Shown piece by piece: positions 57,499-64,000 of a stretch of 64,000 nucleotides of DNA. Source of the DNA: an uncultured Candidatus Binatia bacterium (lineage in GTDB: Bacteria; Desulfobacterota; Binatia; UBA9968; JAJDTQ01). Location: NCBI GenBank assembly GCA_965213675.1, contig OZ243916.1:3104001-3168000 (forward strand), in the 5' to 3' direction. The notes beneath the pieces are model-generated. The model had not been told where the DNA came from. It was given only the letters and a program-made list of their open reading frames with translations, and ran no database searches. The translations under genes were made by a program, and so were the position numbers. Positions within the stretch are counted from its first letter, which is position 1. The number at the start of each line of letters is the position of its first letter.

Positions 57499-58668
57499 GT
57501 GCTGAACCCCCCGTCAGCGTATGTCGAAAGCTACGCCAAAGCGCGCGCCGTCGACCGCGAGGCTGCGGACAACTACATCGCCCACACCCGTATAGGCGAC
57601 CCGGTCATGGACGCGGTGGTGGAAGAGATGGCAACGCTGCCTCGGCCAAAAATCCACGAGTTCATTCGAGCGGGGATGGAAGAGGATCGCGACGGTTTGC
57701 GCAATGCGCCGCGATTGTTGCGCGATTTCTTCATTGACGCACCTCAGCCTGACCCGGACTGGCTTGATCGCAACGCCTTCGGCCCGGGCATCCGCGCCTT
57801 TCAAAGAAACTCGGTGCTCGTCCTTTCGGCTTTCGTCACCGGTGTGCTGATTGACGGTTTCGCGACCCTGATAAGCAAGTCTTTTGTGGAAACCGGGCGC
57901 ATATTCGAGAACGGCGTCAGGCGACTCAAGCAGAACAACCGTCATCAGATGGAAATATTTCTTCCCGGCGGGCTGGAACGGTACGGCGAGGGTTGGAAAC
58001 TGTCGGTTCGCATCCGGTTCGTGCACGCGCAGGTCCGGCGGCTGCTGGGACAGACCGCGGAATGGGAACATGACGTATGGGGCATGCCGGTCAGCGCCGC
58101 CCACTTGGGCTACTCGGTCGCGTGTTTCGCGGCGCGCACCGTCAAACACTCGGAGTCGCTGGGAGCTCGTTACAGCACGGAGGAGCGCGCCGGTTTCCAC
58201 GATGTCTGGCGCTACGCCGGTTATCTCATGGGGATCCCCGAGACCATCCTCTTTGCCGACGAGAGCCACGCGCTGTACGTGTACCGGATCGGTTCCCTTT
58301 GTGAGCCTCCTCCTACCCCGGATGCGATCGTCATGACCAATGCGTTGATCAACTCCGCACCGCTGGTGGCGAACATTACTGATCCGGAAGAACGGCGTCA
58401 TTCGGTGAGGGACGTCATCTACCCCATTTCACGGGCACTGGTGGGCAACAAGCTCGCCGATCAGTTGAACTTCCCCAGGAAGGGTGGAGTGCCTTTCCCT
58501 TTGCTCGCTTACCGCATCGACCAGCGCCTTCAGAGGTTGAAGGCGCGGTACCGAAGGGAGGGGGTCCGAAATTTCGCGACGCTTCTTGAGGCCTCGGCCT
58601 ATGACGACGCCGGCGTGAGTTACCGGCTGCCCGACCACCCCCACGACGAGCGGTCCAGCAACTGGTGA
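57499..58668 (+). CDS. Lcp/MpaB-type (DUF2236) haem oxygenase family protein
   Basis: GDPVMDAVV, PDWLD, GWKLSVRIRFVHAQVRRLL (haem His), WGMPVS, WRYAGYLMGIPE. Confidence 0.8.
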   Translation: MLNPPSAYVESYAKARAVDREAADNYIAHTRIGDPVMDAVVEEMATLPRPKIHEFIRAGMEEDRDGLRNAPRLLRDFFIDAPQPDPDWLDRNAFGPGIRAFQRNSVLVLSAFVTGVLIDGFATLISKSFVETGRIFENGVRRLKQNNRHQMEIFLPGGLERYGEGWKLSVRIRFVHAQVRRLLGQTAEWEHDVWGMPVSAAHLGYSVACFAARTVKHSESLGARYSTEERAGFHDVWRYAGYLMGIPETILFADESHALYVYRIGSLCEPPPTPDAIVMTNALINSAPLVANITDPEERRHSVRDVIYPISRALVGNKLADQLNFPRKGGVPFPLLAYRIDQRLQRLKARYRREGVRNFATLLEASAYDDAGVSYRLPDHPHDERSSNW

Positions 58669-58715
58669 GCGGCGCTCCACCGGACCGGCTCGTATCAATC
58701 AGCCCGCAATCTTCC

Positions 58716-60614
58716 TCAGGCAACCGCGGCTTCGCCCGAGACCTGCGCGACCAACTCCTTCGCTTGCCGATGGATCCCGTCCGCGGTCAGGCCGTACTTC
58801 TCGCGAAGCAGATCCTGGGGACCCTGCTCGATGTACCAGTCGGGCAACCCCAGACACTTCGTCCTGACCCCGACAACACCTTGACTGGACAATAGCTCAA
58901 GAACAGCCGAGCCGAAGCCGCCCATGACGGTGGATTCCTCCACGGTGAGCAGGCACTTCACCTCCCTCGCTACGGCTGCAATCAGGTCCCCGTCAAGCGG
59001 TTTGACGAACCGCGCGTTGATCACCGCGGCGGAGATCCCCTCCTGCGCCAGCCGTGCGGCCGCCTCCACCGCCTGGTGCACGGTCACGCCGATGGCCACC
59101 AGCGCGATGTCCGTGCCTTCCCGTAGAAGTTCGCCCTTGCCCAGGGGCAGCGCCTGCGGCATCGGGTCCATGTCCACGCCGAGACTCGATCCCCGGGGAT
59201 AGCGGACCGCCGCCGGCCTGTCGTAGCTGATGCACGACTTCACCATGTGCTGCAGCTCGTTCTCGTCCTTCGGGGCCATGACCACCATGTTGGGCACGTG
59301 ACGGAGGTAGGCCAGATCGAAGGCGCCGTGGTGGGTGGTGCCGTCCTCGGCCACCAGTCCGCCCCGGTCGATGCAGAACGTCACCGGGAGATTCTGCGTG
59401 GCCACGTCGTGGACTACCTGGTCATAGGCCCGTTGCAGGAAGGTCGAGTAGATGGGGATCACCGGCCTCATGCCTTGGGCGGCCAGGCCCGCGGCAAAGG
59501 TCACGGCGTGCTGCTCGGCGATGCCGACATCGTAGAGCCGCTCGGGGAAGACCTTCTCGAAGGCGCCCAGTCCCGTCCCTTCGGACATGGCCGCGGTGAT
59601 GGCGACGATGCGCGGGTCTTCCTGGGCCAACCGGATCAGGGTGTTGACGGCGAAGCTGCTGTAGGAAGGCCGGGCCGCCGACTTCTTCCGGGGTCTTCCG
59701 GTGTCGCGGTCGAAGGGAGAACTGGCATGGAACCACACCGGGTTGTCCATGGCCGGCCCGTAGCCCAGGCCCTTCTTGGTGACCACGTGCAACAGCGTTG
59801 CGCCGTCCAGCTTGAGCACGTTTTCCAGGGTCGGGAGCAGATGTTCGAACTTGTGGCCGTCGATGGGACCGACGTAGCGGAACCCCAACTCCTCGAACCA
59901 CAACCCGGGCAGCAGCAGGCCCTTGACCAGTTCCTGGGCGCGCCCCGCCAGGCGCTGCACCTGCTCGCCGATGTGCGGTACCTTGCCCAGCACCCGCTTG
60001 GTCTCCTCGGTGACCCGGTCGAAGAACTCGCCGGTGATGGTGCGGTTGAGATATGCGGAGATGGCCCCCACGTTCTTCGAGATGGACATCTGGTTGTCGT
60101 TCAGGATCACCAGCAGGTCCCGCTTCAGGCCGCCCGCGTGCTGCAGGCCCTCCATGGTGAGGCCCGAGGTGAGGGCGCCGTCGCCCACCACGCACACCAC
60201 CCTGTGATCCTGCCCGCGTTGCTCGCGCGCCTCCACGAAGCCCACGGCGGCAGACACGCCCGTGCCCGCGTGGCCCGCGTTGAAGGTGTCGTACGGGCTC
60301 TCTTCGCGTTTGCAGAAACCGCTCAGCCCGCCGTACTGCCGGATGGTGCGGAACGGTTCCTGGCGCCCGGTGAGGAGTTTGTGGGCGTAGGCTTGATTGC
60401 TGGTGTCCCAGACGATGAGATCCCTGGGCGTGTCCAGCAGATAGTGGAGGGCTACGGTGAGTTCCACCACGCCGAGGTTGGAGGCGAGGTGGCCACCGAT
60501 GTTGGAAATGACGGAGAGGATCTCTTCGCGGATCTCTTCGCAAAGGCCCGGGAACTGTTCCGGGGGGAGCTTCTTGAGATCGGTGGGGTCCGCGATCATC
60601 TTGAGGATCGACAT
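58716..60614 (-). CDS. dxs: 1-deoxy-D-xylulose-5-phosphate synthase
   Basis: GGHLASNLGVVELTVALH, VGDGALTSG...NDN, DVGIAEQHAV, YSTFLQRAYDQ, DGTTHHG. Confidence 0.95.
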   Translation of the reverse strand: MSILKMIADPTDLKKLPPEQFPGLCEEIREEILSVISNIGGHLASNLGVVELTVALHYLLDTPRDLIVWDTSNQAYAHKLLTGRQEPFRTIRQYGGLSGFCKREESPYDTFNAGHAGTGVSAAVGFVEAREQRGQDHRVVCVVGDGALTSGLTMEGLQHAGGLKRDLLVILNDNQMSISKNVGAISAYLNRTITGEFFDRVTEETKRVLGKVPHIGEQVQRLAGRAQELVKGLLLPGLWFEELGFRYVGPIDGHKFEHLLPTLENVLKLDGATLLHVVTKKGLGYGPAMDNPVWFHASSPFDRDTGRPRKKSAARPSYSSFAVNTLIRLAQEDPRIVAITAAMSEGTGLGAFEKVFPERLYDVGIAEQHAVTFAAGLAAQGMRPVIPIYSTFLQRAYDQVVHDVATQNLPVTFCIDRGGLVAEDGTTHHGAFDLAYLRHVPNMVVMAPKDENELQHMVKSCISYDRPAAVRYPRGSSLGVDMDPMPQALPLGKGELLREGTDIALVAIGVTVHQAVEAAARLAQEGISAAVINARFVKPLDGDLIAAVAREVKCLLTVEESTVMGGFGSAVLELLSSQGVVGVRTKCLGLPDWYIEQGPQDLLREKYGLTADGIHRQAKELVAQVSGEAAVA

Positions 60615-60820
60615 GCGACTGTCTCCCACTAAAACCGGAGAAATCCGAGAGGAGCGAAACGCAAGCTTCGCAGGAACGCAAGCCACTGTCAAACGCCGGA
60701 CGTCTCCTAACCCCTTGCGATACAAAGAGAAACCATGTGTGCACCGTTGTGGACGGCGGCGTCCCCCGCGGGCCGCCTCCGGGTCCTGCGCCGCTCCGGG
60801 CAAGCATCCGGGTCGCGGTC

Positions 60821-60850
60821 TTGACCCTTGGCGCGGCGGGACGCTATATA
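60821..60850 (+). promoter_or_regulatory. Putative sigma70 promoter for the cupin-EutA-like genes
   Basis: TTGACC-N18-TATATA about 120 bp upstream of ATG 60972. Confidence 0.45.
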
Positions 60851-60971
60851 GGCCTGTGTCTTGTCGGGCTGGACGGGCGCCAGCCCGTTTCCATTCCCCG
60901 AGCCTCATTCCCGGACGACTCACATTCCGGGACAACCACGTTTCTCCAAATACAAATCAAGGAGCGGTACC

Positions 60972-62102
60972 ATGGGAGAAGATATCAGCGAAGCCGTATC
61001 GGAAAAGACCAAGTTCACCTACGACCACTGGATGGAGTCCCTGGGGCTGCCGATCCACACGGGCTACTTCATCGGCGATCTGCGCACCTGCGACCTGGAG
61101 TGGTGGGAGGACCGCAAGTGCAAGGCGGCGTTCATGCAGCTCATGGGACAGGAAGGCGTCACCGGAGCGTGGATCCAGGAGGTCGCGCCCGGCGAGTCCA
61201 CGCCGCCCGTGCGGTTTTCCCTCGATGAGGTGGTCTACGTGGTCGAGGGCCGTGGCACCACCACCGTGTGGCGCGACGACAACAGCGACAAGAAGACCTT
61301 CGAGTGGCACAACAACAGCATGTTCATCGTGCCGCGCAACTATCACTATACGATCAACAACATGCAGGGCGACAAGGTGGTGCGCATGCTGCACTACAAC
61401 TACCTGCCGCTGGCCATGTCCGCGGTGGGAGACCCGGAGTTCTTCTTCAACAACCCGTTCTCCGGCCAGGACGTCATCGCTGCCCAGGACGGCGAATTCT
61501 ACTCCGAGGCCAAGATGGTGACGGACTCGGGCAAGTGGAACGTGTGGAACCGGCGCGTCTACTGGTATGGCAACTTCTTCCCGGACATGCGCGCGTGGGA
61601 CAAGCTGGACGAGAACAAGAAGCGCGGTGCCGGCGGCCACAGCGTGTTCATCGAGTTCCCCAACTCCGAACTTTCCTGTCACATGTCGGTATTCGCGGCG
61701 CGCACCTACAAGAAGGCGCACCGCCACGGTCCGGGCCGGGTCATCGTCATTCCCGCGGGCGAGGGCTACTCGATCCTGTGGGAGGAGGGCAAGGAGAAGA
61801 TCGTGGTTCCCTGGCACGAGGCCAGCGTGTTCGTGCCGCCCAACAAGTGGTTCCACCAGCACTTCAACGCCGGCGCCACGCCCGCGCGCTACCTCGCCTT
61901 CCATCCGCCCATGCAGTTCCACGGCTACGCCGAGAAGGTGGAGGATCGTGCCAAGGACCAGATCGAGTACCCGCAGGAGGATCCGTTCGTCAGGCAGAAG
62001 TTCGAGGACGAGCTGGCCAAGCGCGGCACCACCAGCCTGATGCACGAGGAAGCGTACACCAACCCCGACTACGAGTGGTCCAAGGGGATGGGCAAACAGT
62101 AG
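60972..62102 (+). CDS. Bicupin protein (gentisate-dioxygenase-like fold, function unknown)
   Basis: Cupin 1 DEVVYVVEGRG. Cupin 2 YKKAHRHGPG...GEGYS...WFHQHFN. AAGGAG RBS. Confidence 0.8.
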   Translation: MGEDISEAVSEKTKFTYDHWMESLGLPIHTGYFIGDLRTCDLEWWEDRKCKAAFMQLMGQEGVTGAWIQEVAPGESTPPVRFSLDEVVYVVEGRGTTTVWRDDNSDKKTFEWHNNSMFIVPRNYHYTINNMQGDKVVRMLHYNYLPLAMSAVGDPEFFFNNPFSGQDVIAAQDGEFYSEAKMVTDSGKWNVWNRRVYWYGNFFPDMRAWDKLDENKKRGAGGHSVFIEFPNSELSCHMSVFAARTYKKAHRHGPGRVIVIPAGEGYSILWEEGKEKIVVPWHEASVFVPPNKWFHQHFNAGATPARYLAFHPPMQFHGYAEKVEDRAKDQIEYPQEDPFVRQKFEDELAKRGTTSLMHEEAYTNPDYEWSKGMGKQ

Positions 62103-62129
62103 CGCCCGGAAAGCCCGAGACAGCAAACC

Positions 62130-63650
62130 ATGCACGACGACGCAGACAACCCCGAACACTTTCATCCGGGCCCCGATGCCATCGTGGAGGACATCGAAGG
62201 CGTCGAGATGTTCTCGCTTACCAGCGTGGGCATCGACATCGGCTCCTCCACGTCGCATCTGGTCTTTTCCCACTTGACGCTCCGGCGTGAAGGGGCCGGG
62301 CTCTCGGCCCGCTTCAGGGTCACCGATCGGGAAGTGCTGTACCGTTCGCCCATCATGCTGACGCCGTACAGTTCCGGGACCCTCATCGACATGGCCAGGG
62401 TGCAGGACTTCATCCACGAGTCCTACCGCGTGGCCGGCTACACCCATGACGACATCGACACCGGCGCGGTGGTGATCACCGGGGAGGCCCTCAACAAGGA
62501 GAACTCCCGGCCGATCCTCGAGTACTTTGCCAAGGACTCGGGCAAGTTCATCTGCGCGTCGGCGGGACCCAACCACGAGGCGTTGCTGGCGGCCTACGGC
62601 TGCGGCGCGGTGGACCTGTCCAAATCGGCCAATGCCACGGTGCTCAACATCGATATGGGTGGGGGCACCACCAAGCTGTCGGTGATACGGGACGGAACCG
62701 TCACGCAGACCGCGGCCATCAGCGTGGGCGCGCGCCTCATCGCCTTCGACGAGAACAACGTGGTGACGCGGGTGGAGTTGCCCGCGACGCACATCACCCG
62801 GGATCTGGGCTCCCAGGTGGAAGTGGGCCAGACCGTCAGCGACGACCTCAAGCAGAGGTTCGCCTCCTACATGGCCGACTATCTCTTCCACGTCATCCAG
62901 GCCAAGCCGCTGTCCGACCTGGAGACGCACCTGCTGGTGACCGATCTGCTGCCCGACTACCGCGGCCTGGAGAGCATCGACCATATCGTATTCTCCGGCG
63001 GCGTGTCCGAGCACATCTACAATCACGAGGTACCGTCCTACGGCGATGTGGGCCCTTTCCTCGGCAAGGAGATCCGCGACCGCATCGCGGAGCTCAATCG
63101 GGCGGATTTGGTCAAGGAGCCGGTGGAGGGCATCCGCGCCACCGTCATCGGGGCCGGCGAATACACGATCCAGGCCAGTGGCAACACCAGCTACATCTCC
63201 AGCGAGTCGCCGCTGCCGGTGTACGGCCTGCAGGTGGTGAAGGCCCTCGTCAACGAGGAGTGCGACGTCCAGGGCACCATTCGGACGGCGCTGGCCAAGT
63301 TCGACCTGCAACAGTTCAAGCCTGGCCTGGCCTTGGCCCTGGGCCTGGAAGGCGTACCCAACTACAAATACATCCGGCGGGTGGCTGAAGGGATCGCCGC
63401 GGTGGTCAACGACCCGGACACGTCGGGGGAGGGCGATGCCCACGTCTTTCTGATCCTCGACATGGACGTGGCCAAGTCTTTGGGCGGCATCCTCAAGGAG
63501 GAGATCAAGGTCGCGCCCGAGGTCATTGCGGTGGACGGCATCGACGTCGGCGACCTGGATTTCATTGACGTGGGCAACGCCATGGGCGTCACCGAGGTCA
63601 TCCCGGTCACCATCCGTTCGTTCATGTTCCCGGAGAGCCGGCTGGTCTGA
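62130..63650 (+). CDS. EutA-like ASKHA-fold ATPase (ethanolamine ammonia-lyase reactivating factor family)
   Basis: SVGIDIGSSTSH, DTGAVVITGEA, SAGPNHEALLAAYG, NIDMGGGTTK, FSGGVSE, IRATVIGAG, VIPVTI. Confidence 0.85.
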   Translation: MHDDADNPEHFHPGPDAIVEDIEGVEMFSLTSVGIDIGSSTSHLVFSHLTLRREGAGLSARFRVTDREVLYRSPIMLTPYSSGTLIDMARVQDFIHESYRVAGYTHDDIDTGAVVITGEALNKENSRPILEYFAKDSGKFICASAGPNHEALLAAYGCGAVDLSKSANATVLNIDMGGGTTKLSVIRDGTVTQTAAISVGARLIAFDENNVVTRVELPATHITRDLGSQVEVGQTVSDDLKQRFASYMADYLFHVIQAKPLSDLETHLLVTDLLPDYRGLESIDHIVFSGGVSEHIYNHEVPSYGDVGPFLGKEIRDRIAELNRADLVKEPVEGIRATVIGAGEYTIQASGNTSYISSESPLPVYGLQVVKALVNEECDVQGTIRTALAKFDLQQFKPGLALALGLEGVPNYKYIRRVAEGIAAVVNDPDTSGEGDAHVFLILDMDVAKSLGGILKEEIKVAPEVIAVDGIDVGDLDFIDVGNAMGVTEVIPVTIRSFMFPESRLV

Positions 63651-63713
63651 GCGCGACGCGTTGGGCTCGGCCGGAGAAATCGCACGGTTGGCGGACTATT
63701 CAGAGGTAATCCA

Positions 63714-64000
63714 ATGGCGGAAACACACAGCGTAGGGGTTTCCACACCCCGCATCGACGGTGAGCAGAAGGTGAGCGGCAAGGCCCGGTACGCGGTGGAC
63801 GTCACGTTCCCCGACATGCTCTGGGGCAAGATCCTGCGCAGCCCCATTTCCTACGGCCGCATCAAGAGCATCGATACCCGCAAGGCCATGCAGGTGCCAG
63901 GTGTGGTGGGCATCCTCACCGGTGAAGACGTTGCCGGACTGCGCATCGGGCGCCGCGTGGTGGACATGCCCATCGTCGCCGACGGCATGGTGCGATTCAT
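63714..64000 (+). CDS. Xanthine dehydrogenase family molybdopterin-binding subunit (runs off window end)
   Basis: Manual translation: MAETHSVGVSTPRIDGEQKVSGKARYAVDVTFPDMLWGKILRSPISYGRIKSIDT...VPGVVGILTGED. Confidence 0.88.
   Translation, partial: MAETHSVGVSTPRIDGEQKVSGKARYAVDVTFPDMLWGKILRSPISYGRIKSIDTRKAMQVPGVVGILTGEDVAGLRIGRRVVDMPIVADGMVRF

Overview
A high-GC bacterial chromosome segment. Gene content and order suggest a deltaproteobacteria-like or Binatota-like organism (inference only). It carries core genes (holB, tmk, mrp-DUF971-sufT, a double-length uvrA, frameshifted prfB, ybeY, phoH, alaS, recA, bamD, modABC, dxs) mixed with catabolic and transport genes (ThDP enzyme, TAXI-like binding protein, two acyl-CoA dehydrogenases with an enoyl-CoA hydratase and an SDR, an amidase, a two-subunit Rieske dioxygenase). 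A ~2 kb stretch of IS remnants (IS3/IS30 chimera, internally deleted IS5, MITE) sits inside the acyl-CoA gene run. Best leads: (1) an isoprenoid locus with hpnCDE-ispH and dxs but no squalene-hopene cyclase, enclosing an MMPL/LolA-like/outer-membrane protein module and an Lcp/MpaB-type haem oxygenase; (2) an orphan bicupin + EutA-like ATPase + molybdoenzyme run with no ethanolamine ammonia-lyase nearby; (3) a ~165-bp element in three copies whose core is conserved while its terminal arms differ between copies yet stay self-complementary; (4) a 57-bp MITE inserted exactly into the tetraloop of a REP-like hairpin with a 4-bp target duplication. No rRNA, tRNA or CRISPR array was seen. All calls come from motif recognition by eye, and no searches were run.
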